Part shown: one piece after another, positions 50,801 to 63,538 of the stretch | How the letters are laid out: each line of letters begins with the position of its first letter | How positions within the stretch are numbered: the stretch's first letter is position 1 | Source of the DNA: Laetmonice hystrix | Lineage: Eukaryota | Assembly (NCBI GenBank): GCA_965235115.1 | Contig: OZ249436.1 | Coordinates: forward strand, 21,578,001 to 21,642,000 | Length of the DNA stretch: 64,000 nucleotides | Direction of reading: 5' to 3' | The notes under the pieces: generated by a model | The model's database searches: none | What the model was told of the DNA's origin: nothing | Seen by the model: only the letters and a program-made list of their open reading frames with translations | Program-made: the position numbers and the translations under genes

Positions 50801-53800
50801 TGATGATGTCCTTCCCTAGGAACCTAGAAAAATGTCTCAAACTGTACACACCTAGAGATGCCACAGGGCTCGACCAGAGAAGCCCAAACCGTTAGAGCGA
50901 CTGGCGAGTGAAAAATACACACATTTCTCTCTCTCTCAAATAAAGGGACTCTTTACATAAACACTCTTTACATTTACAAAAACATATTATTGTACACAAC
51001 ATTTGATTTTTAACATGCTGGTGCTTCCACTGCATACAATGTACTAAATAAAAAATAAGTAATAAGTAATTCTTACCGTGAACAAAGCACCATAGCTGCA
51101 ACTCCAAGTAGCTGAAAACGTGCTCTTGTGGTTCTATGGAACCGGAGGTAGCGATCAACAACACTTATAGCTGCATGCAGTGTTGGACTGCCAAAGATCT
51201 TCATACCAGCCACTTCTACCAACCAATCAACCAAGATGTACCTGCATCACATATTGAATACCACTCTTAACTCTATTCTGGATACGAGATTCAACTGAAA
51301 ATCATAGACTTTGAAATAAGGCAAGAAAGAAAAATCATGTGGTACCATGTCCTACACCACATTAACTTGACTATAAGAAAGTTTCTAGGTAACTCAATAT
51401 TTGAAAATCCTATCTCTTTCAACACTACTTTAAAGACTGTTTTTGAAAAAGGAGACACTTGGATATCAAAGAGGGGCAAACCTATAAAAATAGCAACCAA
51501 TAGATATCAAACACTGAAGATGATGCCCACTGCTTCCAGTGGGTTTAGAATTATATTTTGTTCTGGTCATATTGGATATATTGTGTTGAGACTGCCAAAT
51601 TTGTTTTGTCCAGAAACTTCAATTGAATGAATATCTTAGACACTCTTGTTTTTGATCATGGAGTCACCAGTTGAGTCATCTGTAAAGTTATTTAAAACAT
51701 TTTTTTCAAAAACTACTTACCTCATAGAATCAGTAAGCTGTGTGTTTTTGTAGATTTCCTCCACATGTGTTGGTTTTGAAGATTGGAAGAACTCTCGGAC
51801 AAAAGCTGCAGCCTGCTGTTGACATATACCTCCATATTTTCCCTGTGCGTAGAACCGGCACAGATGTAGCACAGACGCTAGATTCTCCCTACTCGCTATA
51901 TCCCTTAACTTCCGGATACTTTGAAGTTCTGTCGCAACATCAGACACCTGAACAGAATACAAACAAAGCATTAAAGTTCTGGTTACAAGTCTAGATAGTT
52001 CCAGAGTCCTGTTTAAGATATTACAGAAAGCTGAGCAGGATATAAAGTATAAGTACTTTGCTGCAATAGGAACAGTGAATAACTTCTTTTCGCAATTTTC
52101 GTTGTGATGCTGAATCGACTGGCCAATGAAAAATATTGTGTAATGATGTGGAATTGACTGTAAAGAAACTTTGTGTCTAACACGAATGTGTAACCATAAT
52201 TTTTAAAATTACGCACTATGTGATTGTGCTGCCAGAGAAGAAATGCCGCATGGGGAGAACCTCTCACTGCTGCTTTCTGAAGGTAGTCAATAGCTTCAGC
52301 CTTGCAGGCTTCATCCTCTAACATGAGGAGGGTCTGTGCTACACACACAACCACACTGGTGTCATTGACCTGAAAAATATAGTACGGGTGGGTGGGTATT
52401 TGGGGTTTTACGCCTTGCAACAGCCAGGGTCATATCACGGCGGTGAAGATGATGATGAAAGTCAGTTTTTCTTGGTGGAGGAAACCGGAGTGCCCGGAGG
52501 AAAAATTTAGTACAGTCACTGCCTAGAAATAATACACATTCAGTGACAAGAACACACTTCACAATTCTTTAAGTACTACATAAAACTTGGCTGTGTTCAG
52601 CATTTCGACTCTTCCAATTGTAAAAGCATTACTGACCTCGACTGAGACATCAGGTCATTTCCATGGACATAGACTAACAGAGTTATTTAAATACAAAGAG
52701 CATTATGTATTTTGTTAGGTCATGTTTTGTTGTTATGTCAGTAAGTGTAACCATCCAAAAATCCTAGCATCCATCATCTAGAGTGAAAATGTTCTATCCA
52801 AAAACTAACATCCTATATCTGCGTGACATGAACAAACTAGAGTGTTATAACAAATCATACTAATATTAGGTCAGAAATTGAATGTTCACCTTCTGTGTGC
52901 TATAGGTCTTCATGTTGTTGAAAACACACTCCTTGCAACAGGCACCAGTTGTTGCCCAGGGAGGCCGAATAAATAGCCAGGTGAAAGGTGTCGTGTGGGA
53001 CATCAGGGTCTCCACCTTACAGAACATTTCAGCAGCCTTTTCACCATTGCAGGTTATTTTCTTACCCTGGAAATCGCCAGGCACTGTAACAAAGACACGA
53101 AACTCTTCATTTTCATATTTTGGTGGCAGACCACTTCATGACATTAATGTTGTAATGACAGAGCTCTTAGATGTTCTACATTTTGTTCATCAATGGTGAA
53201 TACATAATTTTCTACTTGTAAGTTTTTGAAATTACTGGTAAAAATTCCTATTCATAGTGATAATGTTGCAAAAACCGACTTTCAAATATTTTTCAAATCT
53301 TGGGGGCTCATTTATCTTTTACTATGCTAGACAATTATAAACCAATGATGTGGTTACTTACATCCTTCATTATACAGGTATGCAATTCCAAGTTTCACTA
53401 ATGCTTCCATATTACCGTACTCAGCTGCCCTGCAAAATTTATTAGTCCCATGCCATATGTCATAAAAATAGATATCGCCTTCTAACACAATACACTTCGA
53501 GTAAATCTCTTTTTAAAACTTATCCTACATTTATTAAAAAAGGTATCAGACTTAAAATGCTTGCACTTGAATGATAAGTATTTTAAAAGTACACGTTAGA
53601 GGCCCTGCAACAAAAGTATCTACAGTAAATCTGTGGCATTAACAAAAACAGCTAGATCTATCATTCGTATTAAATTTGTAAAAACTTAAAAATTTAACAC
53701 AAATGATAGATCTGTTTGGTACCTTAGTGTACACATACAATTACACTTTACACCAATTATGCCGAATGGCAAGTGAAGCACTATCTTAGTAAATTATTCA

Positions 53801-55865
53801 GGTCATGAGGCTCAAAAGCCTTTAACTGGCCCGATAAGGTGCCAATAATTAGAAATATTTCAATTTGCATACCGACTGAAATGAGCCATGTTTGGTAATG
53901 TTGGCCATTCATCCTCAAAACTGACACTTGACCACACCACAGAAACATGATCATCTATGAGGTCTCGAAATGAGGAGTGTGTCTGAAAAAATAATAATTC
54001 AAATAATAAAAGGCAACCAAAGATTTCAATTTACGAAACACTGCTGCCCAAAATTTGAATAACGAAGACCAGGGATGAGGCTAAAAATGTAAAACGTGAA
54101 AAATGCGGAAAGGTCACGATATTAATTATATGCCATTATATAATAGAATGCTGGATGATTCCCATCCCTGAAAGACAAAAAAATAGCGAATCTCGTACCC
54201 TATACAGGGATGTGCCCATGCCGGGCGGCGCCAGGCGAGCCCCTCCCGGCACCGATTTTACTTTTAGCCGCCCGACACAAAACTAAAAGGGTTCAAATGC
54301 CGCTGGCAGGAATTTTTTTATGAGGTCTATATATCATCTGCAAAAAAAAAATAGCCCCCATTTGCATTTTTTTCCCCTGGAGTCCCACCTCAAAGTTGGG
54401 GGTGCGGCCATCTATCCATACGATACCTGACCCTCCCAGCCCACAGAGCCAGGCTACAGGATAGTTTCCCCACCACTTGCACATGGACTTTAAATATGTA
54501 AGTATTTGTTATATGAACATTATTAAATCAATTTCAAATTGATGCAATTTTATCTGGCATATTGTTTATGTACATTTTTGTATTGAATCCCCAGCATTTT
54601 ACCATAACCTGCTGGCAGTGCAAGGGTGGCAAGCCTGCCCACTCAGTAAGACACCTAGTGGTTACTGTATGAACTAGACTGGTCGTTAATTTGTCCATCT
54701 GTGATGGATTTAAAACTGGGGGTGGGGGTTCTGGGGGCAATCCTGCCATGCAAATGGAACATTGATGAGTGAATAGCCCTCTAAATTTTCTTCAAAAGAT
54801 GTTTTGAAAGCAAAGAGAACCTTCTGGCTATATTGTGGCTATTCATGTTTTGTCTAGTAGAGTGAGATGTTGTAAGCTTGGGGTGAGCAGATCAGGGACC
54901 TTAGCAATTCCAGGAAACCTTTTCCCTGACCATTAGGTCCAAATTCTCCCGAGGCTATCTTTTGGGGAGCCATCTATTGGGTATATATGCAGTGCTGCAA
55001 ACAGGTTTCACCAACTTGGTGGTCAGACTGGACCAGTAAGTCCAGATACTTAGTGGTCCACCTCAAATTTTGGTGGTCCAACCTAAAAACAAAAAATTAT
55101 AAATGGCTCTTAAAACCTTGCTACTTTTCAATGTAATTGATCTCTAGCCTCCCTAAGACCTCGATTGCCTCCCTCTTCTCCTCTCCCTCCTCCAACTGAA
55201 CCCCATCTTTGAAAGTGGGTCAGCATCACTTGTGCTCCCCCCCCCTCCCAGCCGGGTCCTTGGTCGCCAAAGTGGGCGAGTGTGACAGACGTTTTTGTCG
55301 ACCACTCCAAGACTTGGTCGCCTCGGGCGAGTGGGCGACTGTCCGTTTGCAGCACTGTATATGGTACGTGGGAGGGAAAAAAATTTCCACATTTTGTTTT
55401 GTACTTCAAAAAATCCTACAGATGACTACAGATCAGTGGGCAATAAAGGCGAGGTTACATTCCAGGGTCAATGTGCTCTCCAAATAAACAGACTGCAGAC
55501 AGGGATTTGCTGAAACTGAAAACCTTGCACCTTTGGTTCTAGCACAAAACTACCGCCCGGCATTCAATTTTTTCTGGGCACATTCCTGCACAGACTTTTT
55601 GAAGGCATGCTGACAGGCAGGATTTCCTGAAGTGGATATCCAAATTTTAAGACTGGATGTGGACTCGACTTCAGCAGTTCAGCTTGCCAAGTCGACTGTA
55701 TCACAAACTTAGGTTTGTCCCACTTACCGATCTCATGCTGAGAAGGTCTGTAACATGAAGCCCAATGAGAAGCTGAAGCTTCATTTCTTCTGGCAGAGAC
55801 CATATTGTAGCTTTGGGAATACTACAGCTGCAATGGCATCCACTGTGTTTAGCATGGAACCGCAT
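47823..55865 (-). CDS. CCNF: Cyclin F (F-box + cyclin domains + acidic/Ser-rich C-terminus), 14 coding exons, ~816 aa
   Basis: Exons 5'->3': 55865(55894)-55728, 53982-53873, 53429-53362, 53083-52890, 52369-52217, 51947-51721, 51241-51077, 50823-50700, 50400-50220, 49943-49856, 49542-49443, 49137-48998, 48832-48678, 48430-47823. All GT-AG, in phase. F-box TIWSLPEE; GNMEALVKLGIAYLYNEG; PFTWLFIRPPW..GACCK; cyclin box MRYILVDWLVEVA; ITIREAAWLTDNTYKYEDVVRMMGEII; SGYDGDQE. The start ATG is inferred. Confidence 0.95.
52400..52505 (-). mobile_element. SINE fragment
   Basis: GGTTTTACGCC..CAGCCAGGGTCATATCACGGCG..TTGGTGGAGGAAACCGGAGTGCCCGGAGGAAAA resembles a widespread tRNA-SINE core/tail motif. Confidence 0.6.
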
Positions 55866-56415
55866 CCTATTGTTGCACACTGGATTTACCACAACTGAAA
55901 TTAAACATCAATAATCAGCTTCAATGTTTACTTCAAGTGTTGGGAAAGCAAATGTAAATACATGCTTGGCTGGCATGTAGATGGTAACATTGAAAGCCAG
56001 CATGAAAAGTTTCAAGCACGTTCAGACTGGGGGGGGGGGGGGGGGGAGAGATGCATCGATCTCAAGAATGACCAAAATCACTTGAAAAAATCGGAATTCC
56101 ACCAATCAGCTTTTCAATCGGCAATCCAAACTTTTCAATTGCTTTTCCTGTTGCCCTTGTAAATTTGTCCACTTTGAAGTGACTGTTATTTCCAATGATT
56201 GTTATTCTAATTTTTATTTTTTTTAAAATTGATTCATTTTATTACACGATTAGTGTCACTGTCAGGAAATTGCTCCTCAAATTTTAAAAATTGCTCCTCA
56301 AACGAACACAATGAATAGCAAAATTGCTCCAGGCCCGTCAAAACTTATTTCGAGCAAGTTGTTAATGTTATAACTTGTTATAGGCCCTAGACTAGTTATA
56401 TTGTATATTTATGTG

Positions 56416-57088
56416 TAACGTCACAGGACCCTAATTCGCCACTAAAAACGATATATTTACTCATAATTGAACTATTATTTAAGTCATGATGTCAAGCAAC
56501 CGTTTCAAACAAGCTGTCCATCTTCCGGGATGTTTCATTGGAAAACTAAGTTATTACTGCCGTACTGGGGGAATCCCAGGGAGGGGTTATTATTCCAGTC
56601 AGGGTTACTCCAATTGGCAAGATCAGTACCCTAATTCGCCATTTTAATTACACTAATTAACCCCCCCCCCTCGACATAGGTTTTAAAAAAATGGTTAATT
56701 TTCAATTTTTTTGCATTTTGGTACTCTGGTACCAGGTAATATATAGATCTAAGGGGATGGGACAGGGGTATTGGGGTGATCAAGGGCATAGGGGTGGACT
56801 AGGTGGCTGAAAGTGAAACTGAAAGCAGGGGCACACCTAGCAGGTCTCGGGCCCCCTTGAAATTTTACTTTCTACATAGTTTCCTGAATGGATCGACTGT
56901 TGTACCCCCTTTTCCAAGTCTTACCCCTTCCAAATTGATATCCTGGATCCATGCACATCTCAGCTATGTGTTTGTTTTATGTAGAATGTTATATCTAAAT
57001 ATTTTTTACAACACAGGACAAGTATTTGCAGAAAAAGCTACGTCATGGCGAATTAGGGTAGCCGGCGAATTAGGGTCCTGTGACGTTA
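56416..57088. mobile_element. MITE in the cyclin F 5' intron
   Basis: 25-bp perfect TIR TAACGTCACAGGACCCTAATTCGCC / GGCGAATTAGGGTCCTGTGACGTTA, with internal CCCTAATTCGCC copies. Confidence 0.8.
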
Positions 57089-57298
57089 GGCCTATTACTA
57101 ACTGTAGGCCTATTCAGTTAGTGAAATATCTCACCACCCCCCCGCCCCCCCCCCCCCCCCCACACACACACTAAGTTAAAGTTAAAGACACTGGAGTAGT
57201 ACACTTCAGCTGAACAGCAATCGAATACAGTACCCTAGGCCCAGGCTCTAGTTAGAGTTAGAGTGACAAGAGTCTACGACAAACGACGTTAGGCCTAA

Positions 57299-57990
57299 CG
57301 TTACCTGTTTAAAATTTCCCACGAAAGTGACTGACGGGTGAGTATAGATCTACGGTACTAATATTATAATTTAGTCTACTATTTTACTCATGAATTACAA
57401 ATAATATAATATAAAATACAATATTATTTATGTTTATAACATCAAGCTTAAACTAAAAGCGATGAAAAAACAGTAGAGTCTATGATAATTTGATATAAAA
57501 GACCGCCAAGAGACCCAGCCGGCCTTGTGACTGTTGGGTGCCCGCGACCGCAGCAGCCGCGGCCGTTGGGGCATCGCTGTCGGTTAGGACCGAGATCCGT
57601 CTCTCCCCAGTCAACCGACTGTCCGCTGCTCAGATGAGGTCCATCACTCGTCTTCTAGAACTTATACTGACCTTTCATTTCATTTCCTTATATTTTCAAA
57701 CTTTTTTGCTCATGTGGAAACGTTATAAGTTCTTGTTATCAGTTCCAACGACGACACGAAGAACCCCCACCTTCTACCGGTCCGGCTGATGTTTATATCT
57801 GCGAGCGGCTCGCGCTGATTGGTCCACGCAAACACGCACAAAGAACGAGAATGCGCGATAGGAATCGGTGCCCGTTGTTATCCAGTCTCCCGCGCCAGAA
57901 GCGCCGATAGGAAAAGGGGGGAATAAAACGCATCGATAAATATATTCATCTACTCAAAGGACTATCCCCTTAACTTTCAAATTTGAGACC
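57299..57990 (-). promoter_or_regulatory. Cyclin F promoter / non-coding first exon
   Basis: CpG-rich. Donor CAG|GTAACG at 57305, CCAAT (57818-57822), E2F-like TGGCGCGGGAGA (57886-57897), CHR-like TTTGAA (57976-57981). Confidence 0.55.
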
Positions 57991-58065
57991 TTCAATCGGC
58001 TGCTAGTGCTAGGCCTGTATTAGTAATTAGCAGGCTAATTTAGTGTAGAGCAGGGGTTCTTAACC

Positions 58066-58900
58066 GGGGGGGGGGGGGGGGGTAGGAGGGGCGCGGGAGA
58101 GGGGAGGGGAGGGGAGGGGAGGGGGGAGGGGGAGGGGCACAGGGAGAGGGAGGGAGGGATGGGAGGGAGGGAGGGGGAGGGAGGGAGGGAGGGAGGGGGA
58201 GGGAGGGAGGGAGGGGGAGGGAGGGAGGGAGGGGGAGGGAGGGAGGGAGGGGGGGAGGGAGGGAGGGAGGGGGAGAGAGGGAGGGAGGGAGGGGGAGAGA
58301 GGGAGGGAGGGAGGGGGAGAGAGGGAGGGAGGGAGGGGGAGAGAGGGAGGGAGGGAGGGGGAGAGAGGGAGGGAGGGAGGGGGAGGGAGGGAGGGAGGGA
58401 GGGAGGGGGAGAGAGGGAGGGAGGGAGGGAGGGGGAGAGAGGGAGGGAGGGAGGGAGGGGGAGAGAGGGAGGGAGGGAGGGAGGGGGAGAGAGGGAGGGA
58501 GGGGGGAGAGAGGGAGGGAGGGAGGGAGGGAGGGAGGGAGGGAGGGAGGGAGGGAGGGAGGGAGGGAGGGAGGGAGGGAGGGGGGAGAGAGGGAGGAAGG
58601 GAGGGAGAGGGAGGGAGAGAGGGAAGGGGAGAGGGAAGGGGAGGGAGGGGGAGAGGGAAGGGGATCGAGGGGGAGAGAGGGAGGGAGGGAGGGAGGGAGA
58701 GGGAGGGAGGGGGAGACAGGGAGGGGGAGAGGGAAGGGGAGAGGGAAGGGGAGGGAGGGGGAGAGGGAAGGGGAGGGAGGGGGAGAGAGAGGGAGAGAGG
58801 GCGAGTGAGAGGGAGAGAGGGCGAGTGAGAGGGAAAGAGAGAGAGGGGGGGGGGGGGGAGAGACAGCACACTTTAAAGAAGGAGGGAGAAGAATGCAAGG
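58066..58900. repeat. (GGGA)n-type polypurine/polypyrimidine tract, ~830 bp
   Basis: Almost pure G/A on the + strand; it generates the spurious Pro/Ser- and Gly/Arg/Glu-rich ORFs. Confidence 0.97.
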
Positions 58901-60085
58901 AAAATTAGGGGGGGGGGCTCTAACTTCGAGCTATGGTTTGAAAGTTCTGCTTATATTTGGAAATAAATTAAAATTCTAGCGATCCTTCAGAAAAAGCATT
59001 ACGAGTTCCTAATTCCTGAGTGACCTAATTTTAGACACCAAAACTTCATTACCGGTACATGTGACAGTGTATCATAAATTGTATGCACACACACAATTTT
59101 AAATAAGTGAACAAAAAATATATCTAAATCTACTAACGAATCCTTTGATAAATATATTAAATCAATTTACAAAGAAATGAATGAAGACAGACTATTTGCA
59201 GTTTCATATTTCTTAATTAAGAAAATTAATTGAAAACTTAAACAGGAACTTGAAAATCACATCCTGAACTCTATGTTAGAAGGTGGTGGTGCCACAATGT
59301 GCGGTATTGCCACCTAACTCCATTTTTCATTTTTTCCATAAAATCATCGTTTATGTTGGTACCTCTGTAACTGAAACATAAATAGATTACAGGAAAAATG
59401 TCTGTTTTAGGTCTATCATGGGCATGTATCAAACGCTCTCCTGCCCTCCCAAATGCAAAGGTGCTTCCAGGTTAAACTACAATATTGGTGCAATCACCTT
59501 CGCATTTCACATTTCGTGTCAGAGAACACTCAAAACCAACGCTGCCTTCCGCCATCGGGAATGTCTGACCTGCAGGCATAGCGTTGGAACGGGTGAGATG
59601 ACCACGTGATTGCGGCTATAGTCTCGCGTTCTGTGAAAAGGGTGTAAAGTCGCCCGGCCAAAACTCTATTGCGTAGGTGTGATGCAGGTCTAGAAAAAGA
59701 GGCGCGTCATTCCAAATTTGCTGTTTTTTAAATATTTAAAAAAAATAGTCACGAAATCCAATCAGGCAAGTAGGCAGTGCTATGGAACATAATTACCAGA
59801 CTATATACAAGTGCTCAGTATTTTCGCCAATTTGTAAAATCTATATGAAATAAGTGCCATGATTCCTTTAACGTACTAGAATGAAAATACTGTACCTACT
59901 ATTTAAATAAAGACTAGTGTGATTTATATCTCAACCTCCCATGCAACGTTAGTTATAACAGTAAAAATAATAGTAAAAATATAGCTTGTTCGATTTCCAT
60001 TTAATTTCCTTTCACACCTACAACAGTCTTACAATAATGACGGGTGACGTGAAAGACCTTTGGGCAGCTCAGTGTGTCCTTCGAT

Positions 60086-63000
60086 TCAGTTACCCGATTC
60101 CATTTCTTTCCGGCTAAAATGTGTTTTGTCTGAATCAAGCTTCAGTTCCCGTTCCAGTATGGCTAGTTCACGAACACACTTGGCATGTTGAAGACGAACT
60201 TGATGAATAACTTCATCATGCTCCTTATAGAATTTCTTCAGCCCACACTACAGTAGAGTGAAAAAGGTCAATGATTAGATCACTGTTTCAAATTGCATGC
60301 TCTTTGAAAATACTCCCAGTAAAATGACAGTTCACAGAAGAAAGAGAAGTCCTATACAATAGTGAAAAGGCCAGTAACTACAGCAGGTGTGATAAAATCA
60401 ACCTTCAAATCAATCAGATTTTACATCTCTTTCAATAAAATCTCTAATTTTCCTATCTCTAATCATGTTTGATGAGGTCAAGCTTGATATTTTGCATCTA
60501 AGCACTGTACACTCTTAGCATACTCACATAATCATGTGGGTATGGGTCCTTCAGTTTCTCAAGTTTTCGCCTGTAAGTGTCAAAGACATACAACAGTTTT
60601 CCTAAGTGATTCTTAACTTGTCTTACAGCTATTGTATGGTATTTAATAAAAATTCAAAAAAGTTTATATATCTTCTCCTTATATTGCTTTGATGCATAAA
60701 TAGAAAATAAGAGGCACTGCACTCTCAGATGCAAAAAATATTTACTTTTAAAAATGCAGCAAAGAAGGAACTTACCAAAGCTATTCCTGAAATGAAGTGC
60801 TAAATAAAGATTTTTTTAAAATGCATAATTTTCCAAAGTTCCAATAATTTATGTACAATATGGTAATTATGTCTTGTACTAGTTTTCACAAGAAACATGC
60901 TTACTGCTCAATGTCTTCAACTCGTCCTAAAGTATTCTTGACCATATCCTGCAGCTTGTTGATTTCGTACTGGTACTGAACAACAAGTGAACAGCCTTCC
61001 TTTGTACCAATGCCTCTCATCAGCAGCTCCAACTCCTTTATTTCCCGCCTGACATCTTCTGCTGATCGTCTTTCTCTTGTTCTGTCCAAGTGTGTTTGAG
61101 ATCAACTTATTTCTTGTTGAATGTGTCAAATCAATGACAAGCAAAATATTCTTATACAAGACATGACCCTGATGAGAACTGTACTGGCCCCTTTATTTCA
61201 AAATGTATGTTCGATTTGGCTACTGCATGATGTCATGCACATAATACAAATAGTAAAGGGCGTCATGCTGTTTTACAACTCTTTTTTAGCAGAACTTACT
61301 AATATCAGAAATACAGTCCAACCTCATGACAGGGAAAATGTTTTCAATGAACTTATCGATACAACAAACAATTTTAACAGTGCCAAGTTACTGAAACACA
61401 ATAGGATATCACCAGTTACACTGTAGCACGGGCGTGAACATAGTGAACACATTTTCAATGTACCAATTATATCAAGGCACTTAGAAACGTACCTATGCAG
61501 CAGCTGGCCCTCTGATGTGTAAACCTGGATTGGTGGCACCCTTAGTAACTGTTGTCCTCTCCGTTTACGTCTGCAGGCCCATTCTTGTGGCTGCCTTTTC
61601 TAAGAGAACAGACAAGTAAAGTGCAAATGACTCCAAAGAAACGTAATATAAGCAACCAGTACCACTCTCATCCGAGTATACTGTGTGAAGCACTATAAAG
61701 TATAATGGTGTCTGAACTATCTCATAGGTTTGAGTTAATCACTTTAAAGCTTCAGGAGAAAAATGTCTTAGATCAGGGATGAATTTCAGCCCTATAACAG
61801 GATGATTTGTTATACAATTTTAGTTTACTGTTAAGTCAAAAGTACAGGGGACAATAAAAAAAATGTGTAGGTCTGCTTTTATGATCTTCAAGAAGTTTTA
61901 GACTTATCATTGTAAGATGCATGACAACAGCCACTGATATTACCATTCACATTTAAACCATATCCCCAATATGTGAGCAACTTTTAACTTTACAAGTACT
62001 GTTTATGTAAGACTACATTTCAAACTGCATTAAATTCCATCATTTTTTAAATTATGCCATAAAATATTCAAACAATCAGGTGCTGATACACCCTACAATG
62101 GAAATTAGATTTGAAAAAAAAAATCCCTATTTCAAATTCCAGCATTCAGAAAATACTCACAGATGAATTGGATGGCTTCATCTTTTCACTACATGGCAAG
62201 TCATCCCTGGCATTTTTTACTTTAGTAGGTACCACTGGCAGATCTTCAAAGTCCTTTGACATGGAGGGGAGAAAGACCCAACATCGTAAGTGGTCTATAC
62301 CAATGAAGTCAGGTGGGATATCTGGGGTCCACCAATGAGCAAGCGGTTGCAGGGTCTGTGGAAATGGGCTGCAAATAGAAGAAACAAAATTATGAAAACA
62401 AAGCATCAACAAGTAATCACCTCAAGTATATTCTTTTACATATATACACACTTCCCATAACAGTCCTTATGAGACATCACAATGAAGGCAATTACACTTT
62501 TACCATGATTATCTAATTTATGACTAGTATAATAGTAACAGGACTGGGCTTTCTTTGAGTGAGGTTTACATTATACATGCAGTAAATTTCTTAAAATTAT
62601 CGTTAAAGCAGAATATCCATTTGAGGCTCTGATACATACAGTTGGTTATGTAAATCTTGGTAATTGTTCTGGTGTAGTATGGCCTCTTCACCTTCCTTAT
62701 CCAGGGCTTCATCTATTTGCCCATCCTCTTGCTCATAAATGTCAACTATTTCATTTTTAAACTTGGAAACATCTGATTCACTGCCATAATATGTTCTTTT
62801 CTTGTTTCCATGACTTTGACAATCCACAAAATCTGCTCTTTGCATTTGCCATGATCTCTTTTGATGACAAAAGGATGTGCAAACTTCTTGATTGGATCTT
62901 GCACTGGAACATCGAACTAAAATCTTCTTTTCTCTATTTATATGGCCATCCAGTATTGCTTTGGCACTTTGTGGCCTCAGTTTTATTGAATAATGCTTTC

Positions 63001-63538
63001 CCTGCTTGCAATCATAGATATCATTCAAGCTTCCTCCATGACGGAACTGATTTTTTAAATCTGTTGCCTCAGCCTTTAGGAAAAGTCTCTGACTTGATGC
63101 TCCAAGGAAGTTGCATCCATTTACATCTGAGTCTCCAAGTCTGAAACCTTTTGCATGTGCTGATGAAAGCTGACGTGTGTAATTGGTAATAATTTTCTCT
63201 CTTGTCTTCTTTCCACTAGGAGGTCTATGGAGACATACTGGAAAATATTGAAAGAAAAAAGTTGTGTGATTCATTTAAACTAGAGTTTTGATTATGCAGG
63301 CTTGTCCTTTGAAAAGTCCAGTAAATAATTACTTCATTCACTTGCCTATACTTTGAACCTCCAGGCCAGCATTTTTTCTCCTGACCCATAAATCTAGATT
63401 TCGTTTAGTACACAGGCACAATAATAATAGGAACTCATTATATATCTCTGTTGGAGAGCCTTCCAAAACTGACATTTGGCCCATTTGGCCAATGGACACT
63501 TGGCGTTTTCTCCGCTGGTCTGCAATCTCTGGGTGCAT
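60086..63538 (-). CDS. Uncharacterised protein with a helical/coiled-coil-like C-terminus, ~8 exons, ~520 aa (5' end uncertain)
   Basis: Exons 5'->3': 63538(or 63393)-63346, 63237-62640, 62368-62161, 61599-61493, 61081-60905, 60786-60776, 60628-60528, 60247-60086. Phases match at all seven junctions with no stops. C-terminal part reads RRSAEDVRREIKELELLMRGIG...EINKLQDMV...CGLKKFYKEHDEVIHQVRLQHAKCVRELAILEREL. I do not recognise the family. Confidence 0.75.

Noticed and set aside
58035..58908. Long Pro/Ser-rich and Gly/Arg/Glu-rich ORFs
   Set aside because: They are translations of the (GGGA)n tract, which lacks stop codons by composition.
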